Assembly: GCA_937625935.1 (NCBI GenBank)
Contig: OW569383.1
Coordinates: forward strand, 1-64,000
DNA: 64,000 nucleotides
Direction of reading: 5' to 3'
Origin: Tetramitus jugosus
Lineage: Eukaryota > Protista > Heterolobosea
Part shown: positions 31,782 to 42,512 of the stretch, piece after piece
Layout: each line of letters starts with the position of its first letter
How positions within the stretch are numbered: position 1 is the first letter of the stretch
The notes under the pieces: generated by a model
Told to the model about the DNA's origin: nothing
Databases searched by the model: none
What the model saw: only the letters and a program-made list of their open reading frames with translations
Translations under genes and position numbers: made by a program

Positions 31782-34169
31782 CTACAAGCGAGAACTGAGC
31801 ATACCAATGTTCCAATTCTTTTGTTGGAATTCTGGCATGCATTCGGGATTCTTCAACGAGCTAATCTCTGATGGAGCGACTGGATCTGCATTACAGAGCT
31901 TCTTGACCAGTTTTTCCATCTTCTTTCCATTCACATTGACAGGTACTCCTGATACTTGTGCAATGATAGATGGTCGATGTCTGGCAGAAAGATGGTTCCG
32001 GATGGTAGTTTGAATTTTGTCGATCAAGCTCTTGTTGATCATGTGTCCACCCTTGAGTTGCACAAACAATATCACTCTCTCATTGCCATCAGGTTGTCTT
32101 TGACCGACGACTACCGAGTCCTGTACTTCTTCCACATATTGTAAGACATCATAGTAGTCTCCAGTTCCTATTCTAACTCCACCTGGATTAAGAGTACTAT
32201 CGCTACGACCCTTGACATAATATCCAAATCGCTTCGTTTGTTCTGCTAAATCTCCTTGGGCCCAGATTCCTGGGAATGTGGTAAAGTAACTATCCAAGTA
32301 CCTCTTGTGGTCCTCTTCACCCCAGAAGAACAGAGGAGCACTTGGGAATGGATTCAAACACACAAGTTCTCCGTCTTGACCAAATATTCTCTCTCCAGAG
32401 TCAGAGAACACTTGCACGTTCATCCCTAATCCTGCACACTGCAATTCAGCAGGATACACGGGTAGAAATGGCGATCCTATTGCAAAACATCCATTCAGAT
32501 CAGTTCCTCCACTCATCGAGCTGAGATGAACCTGAGGAGTTAAATGCTTGTAGACATACATTGCTGTTGAAGCAGCAAGGGGTGATCCAGTGCTGGTAAT
32601 GAGTCTCAATTTAGATAGGTTGGTTGGCTTCTTGCGAATCAAGTCTACTCCAGAGGTGGCCATATGAGACAAGTATCGGGCACTAGTTCCGAAGAAAGTT
32701 ACATTCTCTCGTTCAATCAGATCCCACATTGCTGTTTCATTGGGGAACAATGGACTTCCATCATAGAGAATTAAAGTTGCTCCCAAGCAACACATGGAAA
32801 CCATCCAATTCCACATCATCCACCCTGCATTCGTGTATACAAATACAGTGTCTTTACTCGTCACATCACAGTGCATATGAGTCTCCTTCAAGTGATTGAC
32901 CAAGACACCAAATCCTTGGCAAATGCACTTTGGTTTACCAGTGGTTCCGCTAGTATACATAATAAATATTGGATGTTGTGCGCTCACTTGTTCAAATTCT
33001 AATCTCGGTATCGTCAAGTATTGTTCTAAAATATCCTTTTGTAAGTCAAGGTACTCTAGATCATGACCTCGCTTCATCCTACTGCTCACGCTCTTTTGGT
33101 TCTTCTTATGGACAATGTCAATCAGTTTAGGATTTTTCTCTGCAATTGTTGGATCACTAAATTGGAGCAATTGGACACCGACCACACTCTTTAGTGACGG
33201 TAAGTGAGAAATGAGGTATTCAGTCGTTTCGTTTGTGCAGTGAACCTTTCCATTGAAGGTATAGTACTCGCATGTAAATAACAAGGTTGGTTGAATCTGT
33301 TTGAATCGGTCACTGATAATTTTCTTTCCCAGATCTGGGCTGACACTGCTCCACACAGCTCCAATGCTCGTGACAGCAAGCAAAGCCACAATTGTTTCAA
33401 TGCAGTTTGGCAACAGAGCAACTACTCTATCCATCTTCCTTAAACCGACCTTTGTTCTTAGGTAGTGAGACAACTTTGCAACCTTTTCCCACAATTGCCC
33501 ATAAGTGATGCTCTGTCGACACGATTCAACACCAGAAATATTGTTCTCGCCAATAAACACAAATGCATCCTTGTCTTTGAACGAATCAACCTGACACATT
33601 CGCAACATATTCTCGGCATAATTCATTTTTGCTCCCACAAAGAACTTGGTGTCCACAAACTGAGTAGACAAACTTCCATTCTCTCTGTGAATGGGTGGAG
33701 TGTACTTTACGCGATCATAACTCTTGGAGCACTTGATTTCCAAAAAGTCCCAAACAAAACCCCAGAACCACTCCTCAGACACACTCCACTCGTGAAGAGC
33801 TCTGTGTAACATCTCAGGATTGTTCATGTGCTTCTGAAATGATGGTTTTCCATTGTAAAAGCTCTTTGCTGGTTGTTCGTTGAGAAACTCGATGAATTTG
33901 CTAAGAACACTGTCTCTCACGGATTGGACACTAGGTCTCCAAATGGCTCTGTCCAATGAAATGACTGAAGTCGATTCATGATCATTCACTGCGACAGTGT
34001 TCTGTTCACCGACGCTGGAACCATCTACGGTCGGAGATGGTGAAGAGGTCAATTTCTTGATGGAGGAACCGTCTTGTTCCAAGTTGGCGCTCACATTATC
34101 CGCAGAACGTGGACCTACATTGAACGGAACAATGAGTCTTTCGATAGGAAGAGCAGAGATTTGATGCAT
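31782..34169 (-). CDS. AACS: Acetoacetyl-CoA synthetase with C-terminal PTS1 (SRL)
   Basis: MNYAENML, YTSGTTGKPKCI, GWMMWNW, STGSPL, SGGTDL, GRSDSTLNPGGVRIGT. Confidence 0.92.
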   Translation of the reverse strand: MHQISALPIERLIVPFNVGPRSADNVSANLEQDGSSIKKLTSSPSPTVDGSSVGEQNTVAVNDHESTSVISLDRAIWRPSVQSVRDSVLSKFIEFLNEQPAKSFYNGKPSFQKHMNNPEMLHRALHEWSVSEEWFWGFVWDFLEIKCSKSYDRVKYTPPIHRENGSLSTQFVDTKFFVGAKMNYAENMLRMCQVDSFKDKDAFVFIGENNISGVESCRQSITYGQLWEKVAKLSHYLRTKVGLRKMDRVVALLPNCIETIVALLAVTSIGAVWSSVSPDLGKKIISDRFKQIQPTLLFTCEYYTFNGKVHCTNETTEYLISHLPSLKSVVGVQLLQFSDPTIAEKNPKLIDIVHKKNQKSVSSRMKRGHDLEYLDLQKDILEQYLTIPRLEFEQVSAQHPIFIMYTSGTTGKPKCICQGFGVLVNHLKETHMHCDVTSKDTVFVYTNAGWMMWNWMVSMCCLGATLILYDGSPLFPNETAMWDLIERENVTFFGTSARYLSHMATSGVDLIRKKPTNLSKLRLITSTGSPLAASTAMYVYKHLTPQVHLSSMSGGTDLNGCFAIGSPFLPVYPAELQCAGLGMNVQVFSDSGERIFGQDGELVCLNPFPSAPLFFWGEEDHKRYLDSYFTTFPGIWAQGDLAEQTKRFGYYVKGRSDSTLNPGGVRIGTGDYYDVLQYVEEVQDSVVVGQRQPDGNERVILFVQLKGGHMINKSLIDKIQTTIRNHLSARHRPSIIAQVSGVPVNVNGKKMEKLVKKLCNADPVAPSEISSLKNPECMPEFQQKNWNIGMLSSRL

Positions 34170-34431
34170 CAGAGATATGGAGTTTGGGTTCGTCGTGGTT
34201 GGTTAGTTGTTCTTTTGCTGTTGCTTGACCAAGCACACAGCTTTACATCAGCATGACGTGGAGAATGGGGATCACACGGTCAGCGTTCATGAAAAGCTTC
34301 AGCGAATCGATAGGGAGTTTTGGGTGATGACGCAGAAGATTCTGGTTTTGCTGCGGATTACGTGGTGCGCGGGAAATGGTAAATCCCAATATGGAAGGAA
34401 GAGGAAATGTTCTGATGTGCAGCAACAATAT

Positions 34432-37391
34432 TTATTGGTCCTCACTGTCGTAGTCATAGGTGGCCAAGTCTGTATCCGTAAATTCTTCATCTGAGGTGAG
34501 TCCTCCTTGTGTACCAGTTGCTGTTTCCGGTTCGACATCATCAATATGATTATTGCCTTCGATGATCACGGTCGAGTCATCGTTCACCTTGACTTGAGGG
34601 CACACAAGATTCTGTGCAATATTGTTCTGCCGTATGATACCAGATGACATGTATCCACAATCGATTCCTCTGCCTTCATTATGGTCAATCTCATTGTGCT
34701 CGATCATTGGCTCTGCACCTGTATGAATTTGAATACCATGACTCAAATTGTCATAAATTTCATTGCGAGTGATCCAACCCTTGCCTTGATGCGAACACAG
34801 AATGCCCACGGACTGAGACTTAAAGATGTCATTGAACTCAATGATTGGATCAGCATTGTGAGATATTGTAATGTTAGAGTGAGCGTTGTTGCTAAAGCTG
34901 TTATCTATGAAGTGGCCCTTGGAGTCATTGTGAATGTAAAGACCACCTGTGTTGAGATTGCAGTGCGTAATAGTGCATTTACTCACTGCAGGTTCACTAA
35001 AATCATCCACCTCCAACTGCACACCGTTGAAACGACACTTTGAAATTGTAATACCGTGAGACTTTCTCGTAATCTTCACAATCGGACTCTTGGCCATTAA
35101 ATTGGGATTCCTGAATATTATATTCTGAATACTAACATTGGTGCAGGATTGAACGGACGCTAGCACCGGTTCAAAATTATCCGGCTGTTCTATAATAACA
35201 TGTTTTTGATCTGATGATTCTTGACCGACTAATTGAACATTTCTGTCAACTTGAATCGACTCTCGATACACTCCAGGTCTGATCTTAATCAATGGAGGTT
35301 TCAATGTATTATTACTCAAGATAATCTAGAGATGAATGGGATGGGTTAGTTTGCACTCCTTGAGAAGAAAACGTAAAATCTGTGATGGCAATATACCTTT
35401 CTTTTCTTGTCAATTGTGTACGGAAGACCTGTCGTTTTGTCAATTAATCTGGCTCTCTGTAATAATCTCTTCTCCTCCTTTCGCTTCTTAATCTGTAGTT
35501 CTTCATTCTTCTCCTTTTGGAGAATCATATTTTGTTCCGCGAGTGGTGACTGACTGAGAACGAAGCTCTTTCGGGGACGAATTGGTCTCAACTCACCAGC
35601 AACATGAGGCGAATCAAGTGGAGATGGAGTTCTGGGTGAGGCAGCCGTTCTTGGAGAGGAGAACACACTGGCTATAGAACTCACAGCTGTTAGAGGAGTA
35701 GAGATAATCTCGTCCAAAGGTGGTTCTTCGCTGGTGAATAACATGGCTCTTGCCCTCTGTTTTAACTCTTCCAAATCGACAAAATTTCTGGCCTTCATCA
35801 TTGTGGTACTCTTGATGAAGCTTCTAGGCGTAGGAATAGAGCCACTGTTTGTTTTAATTGGCGTAGATGGTGAGAGACAGTCACTTGAGCTGATTTTGAG
35901 TAAGGGGATCGCTGGTGTTGCAACTGTATTTGTATTTGATTCCACAATACCACGCTGCTTTTCAATCAATTGACTCTGCTCCATACTATTTGGAATCGCA
36001 TTTATCGCTTCCTGAATACTGGAAAAGGTAGTGCCACTGGATTTCGATTCACTATCAACAACATATTGTATCTTCGTACTGACAGGTACATTTTGCAATT
36101 CATATATAATATCTAAAAACCCTGGTCGATCCTCGGGCAGTGGCGACGTGCATGTAATGTAGAGATTGAGAAGAGCTTTAACAATCTCACAATCATTTCC
36201 ATCATAATCCTTCAATAATTTACCATCCTTTTCAATCTTTTGATCCAATGATGATCTCTTGCCTTGCAAAACATCATTGGTAACAACAAATGGATTGCTC
36301 GCATAGTAGAATGGAACCTTATGAGTCAATAATTCATAAATAATCATACCATACGAATAAACATCACATTTTCGGCCATCCTTAATCTTGCTACACCTGA
36401 TCATCTCGGGTGAACACCAACCATATGTTCCTTTCATTCCAGAAATTCCACTCTGTTGGTTCCTCATTGCAGCAAACCCAAAATCACAAATACAGCAAGT
36501 CAAATCATTTGACAACAAAACATTCATACTCTTTAAATCTCGATGAATAATCAGTTTTTGTCTCGTGTGCAAATATTCCATTCCCTCCGCAATGTCCAAC
36601 GCAATTTGCAATTTCATTTGATTACTCAAGATGACTGGTCTCGATTTTCGAATCACTTTTTTGCCATGATCATCGCTCGATGAGTGATTATTACTACTAG
36701 TCGTTGATGACCGAGAAGATGAATGCTTTTTTCTTCTCTTTTGGCTTCTTCTCGATTGACCACCATCTCCATTCTCATCCAACTCTAAATCATCTCCATG
36801 ATCGGATTTTCTTCTGCTCGGGCGCAACTCTTGCATTTTAACACCTCCATCATTCTCACCATTTCTCTTCTCCTTGTGATCATCATCATCAATATTTTCA
36901 TCATCAACATTTTCATCATCATCATCGTCATCATCATCAACATTGCCATTATTGTTATTCGTATTGTCCATTGATGATACGACATCTTCGTACTTTGGAG
37001 TAAACTTGTATTCAGGCACAGTAGATTTCAACAATTTTGACAATGAAAAAGGCATCAATTCCATCACAACGTACACACAAGTGTCATCCGATGACCAACC
37101 ATATGTGCGCAATAAATTCGTATGATCAAGCAACAATTGAACAGTCATTTCATTCAAAAAATCCAAGTAAATGTCTTCGCTACTGCCAGTGCTTACACTG
37201 TAACGCATATTCACAGGAACATAGATACTTTTGATGGCACAACTTTTGCCTTTGAATTTTCCGACAAACACCATGCCAAATCCACCTTTGCCAATGACAT
37301 TTCCAAACTCGAGTTCATTCTTGTCGATATAGAATGTTTTAATGTTTTCTTCAATGAGTTGTCGCTCCTTTGTTGTGGACATGCTCACCAA
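34432..37391 (-). CDS. TKL protein kinase fused to a right-handed beta-helix (CASH/pectin-lyase-like); intron 35326-35396
   Basis: GKGGFG, HRDLKSMN, DFG; phase-0 intron GTATAT..CTAAC..TAG joins ORF 35346-37391 to ORF 34432-35319 (IRPGVYRE, N-I-N-G-GI repeats). Confidence 0.85.
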
Positions 37392-37767
37392 TTTATATCA
37401 TTCGTTTTTTTGCACTTTAGTTTTGGTGCTGGAGAAAACTTTTGATTGCGGTGTCAAACGTCCTCCTTCCGGATTCGCCGCCAGACTCATCGGGAACACA
37501 CAATTTCGAATAGGTCAATGTTCATCTCAACACTTCTTTATTGTTGTGGAAGGGGAGCAGCTGTAGTTCTTGTGCACTACCGGTTCGATTCCTGTGAGCT
37601 TCACCCCAGAGATTTCTCGATTTATTCATGAAGGACAACGAGTCAATCAGGATGGAAGAGTCGGCGTGATGTTTCGATGTGCTGCTCCCATCGGAAAATA
37701 TTATTGACTCTTGACAGGAGCTGAGAGAAAAAAACGAAAACAGAAACAACAGCAACCGACACACATA

Positions 37768-38397
37768 ATGCAACAACAAAAGCCAGCCACAGTCATCACT
37801 ACTGTCCTTCATCAGATTCAACAATTTGTTCAATCACGACAGGGTGCTCTCTCCCTGCTTGGATTGACCACACTCGGTATCATGTACAAGAGCGGACTTT
37901 TACACAAGAGTTTCACCGTTCCGCACGGCTACGCCGGCATAATTGTCAATTCGATCACTGGTGTCAAACAACAAGTGTACACTGAAGGTGTTCACTCTTG
38001 TCTCAAGCATTTTGAGAGTGTGGTTCTTTTCGAAATTAGACCACTCAAATTAGAAGTCTGTGGTCTCTTCAAATCACAGAACAAGAAGCCAGTTGGCATC
38101 GATTGCCAAGTGTTGTATCAACTGAAGCTCAGTGGGTTACCAAAGCTCTATCGCACTTATGGAACACATCAGACAACAGCTTACAGTCAAGAGCTGCAGC
38201 GGATGGCCGAAGATATTACAAAGGATTTGGTGTCAGAGTATGATGCGTTGGATTTGGCCACTGCGAGAAGAACTCAGTTTGCTGGCGATTTGGAACAGAG
38301 GTTGAAAAAGTTGACTCAGGAAGAGCCGGCAGTGATATTGAACTTGGATTTGACAGAGGTCATTCTCAGCAAGGATCTCATGGAACAATTACAATAA
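37768..38397 (+). CDS. Divergent prohibitin-like SPFH/Band-7 protein
   Basis: FTVPHGYAGIIVNSITGVKQQVYTEGVH, LPKLYRTYG and VSEYDALDLAT resemble prohibitin; coiled-coil tail absent. Confidence 0.75.
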   Translation: MQQQKPATVITTVLHQIQQFVQSRQGALSLLGLTTLGIMYKSGLLHKSFTVPHGYAGIIVNSITGVKQQVYTEGVHSCLKHFESVVLFEIRPLKLEVCGLFKSQNKKPVGIDCQVLYQLKLSGLPKLYRTYGTHQTTAYSQELQRMAEDITKDLVSEYDALDLATARRTQFAGDLEQRLKKLTQEEPAVILNLDLTEVILSKDLMEQLQ

Positions 38398-38553
38398 AAT
38401 TTCTCCGATTATTGTAAATTTATTTTGATCTCTTGTGATGAAAAGTTCCCAATACAAGGATAAAATCTGGCCAACCTCGAGTGATAAAATTTGGAGTTGA
38501 GATCAATCAACGTTGTATCCCACCCAGCAACAAAGAACACGACTCCATTCATC

Positions 38554-40803
38554 ATGCTATCTTACAAACAAAGATTCTCTGCAAGCACATCTGACTTGGA
38601 AAGCTTAGCGCAACAACAACAAGACCAACAATTCTCCTCTCATTCGAAACTCATCCAACGTCCTCCTCAGCAACAATCGGATAGTCATCCAAGTGTAGAG
38701 AGACCAACGTTGAGTGTTGTGAGTTCCGAATCCGAAGAGATGAGCATCTTTGTGTCTTCAGTTGAAACAAAGACCCTGCACGACGAGTCAGAAGAAGAGC
38801 ACAGTGTTCTCTCTACGAGAATTCTTGAAGAAATAGAGAATATAGAGTCCATACAGAAGAGACACAAGAGACAAGACAACATTGAACTAAGCTCCAGTGG
38901 TCCCAGATACATTCTATGCAAACCATTTGAAACTCTCAGAGTAGACCACCTCAAAACGTTCATCATTGGATATGGCTTGGAATTTCCAGAGATTAGAACA
39001 GTGGCACATTCTCGGTTGGCCATGCCTCGAAGGAGCATATCATACACAACAAACTTGAGTGATTTGTCTGCTGCTCTCAACTTACCCATCGATGAAGCTT
39101 CTTCGCTCATCTCTCGTTCCTCCCCTCGTCTAGCATCGGATGAGGAAACTCAAAGTGAAAAGAACACTTCCAACAAAACCAAAGAAAAGAAAGTTCCTAC
39201 CTATTCCTATTCTCTTCGTGGTCATGTCGTCATGTATGATCGATGGGGATTTGTTGTATACAGCGGGGAAACCGCGAAAGGAGGTAGAATACAAGCAGAC
39301 TTGTTCGACATGGAAAGGAGACGGAGACAAAATGCATTTATTAATGTCGAGTGCAATGAAGAATCTCAAGAAGAAACGAACCCCAGAATAAAATACACTG
39401 CAAGAACCGGCCCAGTACCGATGGGAAGATGCATGACCACCATGGCCAAGCATAGTATGAAGAAGAAGAAAAAGTCAGGTATGAAGCGAACGGAGAGTGT
39501 TTACAACTTGAGTTCTGTGGGCAAGTTGAACGCAGATTCAGAGCAAGAACAGTTTTACGAGCACATTGACGACGCCGTGATGGCGGAGTCACTGTTTACA
39601 GAAAACGATGGTTGCAATGATATTGAACAGATTCGAATCAACGTGAATGACCCGAAGGAAATTCATCATGTGCTTCTCGTTCTGAACTTTGATGCTCCAC
39701 CTTCGCTGTTCTTGAATCGCTCAGCAAATAGGGATGTTAAGAAGACGAGCCAACAAAACTTGCCCAAGGTCAAACCCTATGTTCGATTGATCGATGTGAA
39801 CACATCTGAGGAGATTATGCGATACTATGTGGAGGATCTGCCCTATATATGTGTTGCTTTAGAGTTAAGCCGAGAGGAAACGACAGAAGATCGCAAGAAA
39901 TTACATCAATTGCAGCAGTTCCGCTTGAAAAGTGAGTTGCATGTACATATTCCCAAGACACCCCTCGGACTCAATATTAAACCATTCCAAGGAACAAGAA
40001 TTGCTCCACCGACACCAAGTGATGATCATACCCCGGTAAGTGGCTTTGCAGAGAAAATGAGAAAGGAGAGCTTTTCTTCCTTGGAGCGAGAATTTAATGC
40101 TCTGACAATTTCAGATACTGAAAAGAAACCTGTGGAGAAACTCAACAATGTCTTAACCTCAGGGCCAACATTACAAATTCCCACCCAGCCAACAATCCCA
40201 GCGATGCCTATAAACGACACGAGCATGGATGAAAAGAAGAAGAGAGACCGAGCCAGTAGTTCATCGTCTCGATTAACATGGAATGTCACATCTCTGAGAG
40301 ATGAATGGAGATTTAGAACTCAGGGCATTGGAGACAAGATACTGGCTGATTTCCTCAACCAAGTGAACCTGAATCAACTCGGTAGCTCGAACATTCCAAA
40401 GAAGCTTCCCGCTGGCTTCAGGGTTCATATTGGTCAGGGCAGGAACTTCCCACCAGAATCAGTTCTGTACTGTCTCATAAGAGCAGAGCCCAATGGCGTC
40501 CATCAGAGAACAAAAGCAAGTTCCTCCAAGGTGTGGGACAGTTCTTTCACATTCGATATCTCTGGTGACAAATTCCGCTCTTGCAACGTCGTTATTGACG
40601 TTTATGAGAAAAAAGAGAACGATGAGCATAGTATCGGCCAGATATTGATTCCATTTACTATGATCACTGACCCAGATCATCCATTCTTTGAAGGAGAATT
40701 CCCTTGTTGCAAGACAAAAGCACCATTCAAAGGTTCAGTCATTGGTTCGATTGGCGTTCGCTTAGAGTTGTTCTGGAAGGAAGACCGTTCCAGCATTTCG
40801 TGA
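38554..40803 (+). CDS. TerD-like domain (with insertions) plus C-terminal C2 domain
   Basis: NDIEQIRINV..IHHVLLVLN..YVRLID..EIMRY..ALELSR..EWRFRTQG; C2 pattern VHIGQGRNF..VWDSSFTF..VIDVYEK..IGQILIP. Confidence 0.65.
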   Translation: MLSYKQRFSASTSDLESLAQQQQDQQFSSHSKLIQRPPQQQSDSHPSVERPTLSVVSSESEEMSIFVSSVETKTLHDESEEEHSVLSTRILEEIENIESIQKRHKRQDNIELSSSGPRYILCKPFETLRVDHLKTFIIGYGLEFPEIRTVAHSRLAMPRRSISYTTNLSDLSAALNLPIDEASSLISRSSPRLASDEETQSEKNTSNKTKEKKVPTYSYSLRGHVVMYDRWGFVVYSGETAKGGRIQADLFDMERRRRQNAFINVECNEESQEETNPRIKYTARTGPVPMGRCMTTMAKHSMKKKKKSGMKRTESVYNLSSVGKLNADSEQEQFYEHIDDAVMAESLFTENDGCNDIEQIRINVNDPKEIHHVLLVLNFDAPPSLFLNRSANRDVKKTSQQNLPKVKPYVRLIDVNTSEEIMRYYVEDLPYICVALELSREETTEDRKKLHQLQQFRLKSELHVHIPKTPLGLNIKPFQGTRIAPPTPSDDHTPVSGFAEKMRKESFSSLEREFNALTISDTEKKPVEKLNNVLTSGPTLQIPTQPTIPAMPINDTSMDEKKKRDRASSSSSRLTWNVTSLRDEWRFRTQGIGDKILADFLNQVNLNQLGSSNIPKKLPAGFRVHIGQGRNFPPESVLYCLIRAEPNGVHQRTKASSSKVWDSSFTFDISGDKFRSCNVVIDVYEKKENDEHSIGQILIPFTMITDPDHPFFEGEFPCCKTKAPFKGSVIGSIGVRLELFWKEDRSSIS

Positions 40804-41085
40804 GATCACATTATTATCTCCTTATATAAAATAGTGAAATTCACATCCTCGAAGGTTTCGCATAACATTGAAGGAACCTTCCAGTTGTCTCTTGGAATTT
40901 TTGGAGGGAAAAACAAAAGAGCGGGCTAAAGAATCTGGCGGTGCCTTTTGAGTATCTCGAGAAATCAGCTCCTGAACCAAAACAGAACAAAATTTTTGAG
41001 GACTTTTCGCGTCAAAAACAAACAACAACCACCAACAAAAAAAACCAACAACATCACCAACAACAACAACATCAAAAAAAACAAC

Positions 41086-42132
41086 ATGCCCAAATTCTCA
41101 GAGCGTCTTGGTGGTGAAGACAAGGACAGTGTCTTTAGAATGGAGCGTGATGGCGCAGTCACCAATTGGAAGTGCGCAATCGCTGTCATTGTCTATCTAT
41201 TGTCCATACTGGGTCTAGTCACCTGTTTTGTCTCCTTCTTCTTTTTATTCTTCCATGGAATTCCACTACACAGTGATGCACAATACTATGATAAGACTAT
41301 TGTTCAAAACAATGCTTGTTACCTTCAGAATGAGACTATGATTGTAGCAAAGACAAAGACTGCCGTAGCACAGTATTTTGAAGTGAGTCAGGATGTGGCT
41401 GCTCCCAATGTTGATCCTACCTATCTCCCTCTCAAGACTGTGTTTTGTGGACGTTATTTGATCACTTATAGTGCTGATTTTACCAAGAATTCAACCATTC
41501 CAAGACCACTCGTCATTGAAAAACTTCAAAAAAAGTTTACAAAGGACAAGTGCATTCAATTGATTGATACCAACAGTACTTTTTCCTGTTTTTATAATGA
41601 AAAATCAACAAAACTCGTTGATCCAAGAACAACTGCAAAGCAAACTGCCATTTATCGATTAATGAAGGTGGTGAGTGGATTGGTGGGTGCTGGTTTGTTG
41701 ATTATTTGTCTCCCATTGGCCATCATCTCCTTCATCTTCATTTGGAAGCTGAACAAGAAGAATTATGAAGATAGAGGTGTCAAGGTGTTTACACTCTTGT
41801 TTGTGTCAACCATTACGCTTCAAGTGGTGTCTGCTTCTGCATGCATCTTGCTTCCGTTCCTCGGTTGGGTGCTGTACCCAATGGGCACCTATGCAGGATT
41901 TTTGATCTTTGCAGTGCTATTGGTGATTGCATTGGTGTTGCCTTTTGTGACCATCTTGTTGAGTGTCGTGTTCCGATTCTGCTTCCGTTATCATCCAAGA
42001 TACTTTTATGTGTTGCTTGCCATTTCGATTGCGTTGGTTGTGCTTGGAATCGTTTACCAGATTGCTCTGATTTATCCATTGGGTGTCAAGGGATTGCAAA
42101 AGTTGGCCCAATTCAATGGATTTGGAAACTAA
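41086..42132 (+). CDS. Multi-pass membrane protein with an extracellular Cys-containing loop
   Basis: One N-terminal TM, a ~130-aa loop with N-glycosylation sequons, four or more C-terminal TM helices; family not recognised. Confidence 0.75.
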   Translation: MPKFSERLGGEDKDSVFRMERDGAVTNWKCAIAVIVYLLSILGLVTCFVSFFFLFFHGIPLHSDAQYYDKTIVQNNACYLQNETMIVAKTKTAVAQYFEVSQDVAAPNVDPTYLPLKTVFCGRYLITYSADFTKNSTIPRPLVIEKLQKKFTKDKCIQLIDTNSTFSCFYNEKSTKLVDPRTTAKQTAIYRLMKVVSGLVGAGLLIICLPLAIISFIFIWKLNKKNYEDRGVKVFTLLFVSTITLQVVSASACILLPFLGWVLYPMGTYAGFLIFAVLLVIALVLPFVTILLSVVFRFCFRYHPRYFYVLLAISIALVVLGIVYQIALIYPLGVKGLQKLAQFNGFGN

Positions 42133-42512
42133 AGAACAAAAGACTGTGCGCAAAGCAAGTTGCTGTGGCATTGTTGTCCCCTACTACTCGGAATTGCCAC
42201 CAAACGGTGCATGGAGAAGAACATGTTTCCTCTCTCCTCATGATGATTTTAAATACACACGATAAACATTCAAAAAAACAACCTATTTATGATAAACAAC
42301 AATCACGCGAACAGTCAAGCTAGTTTTCCCACAAATTCACAAAATATATCCAGCTTGATATTGTTATGGTCATCTCCTCGTTGCACAATCGGAGTTAATT
42401 TTGCTATGGAAGAGCTCAATCTGGGAAACGAACTCACCACATTTCCTTTTCAAAAGCACAACAAAAAGGCAAGAACTCAATTTAACAAAACAACAAACAC
42501 CAAACAAACAAC

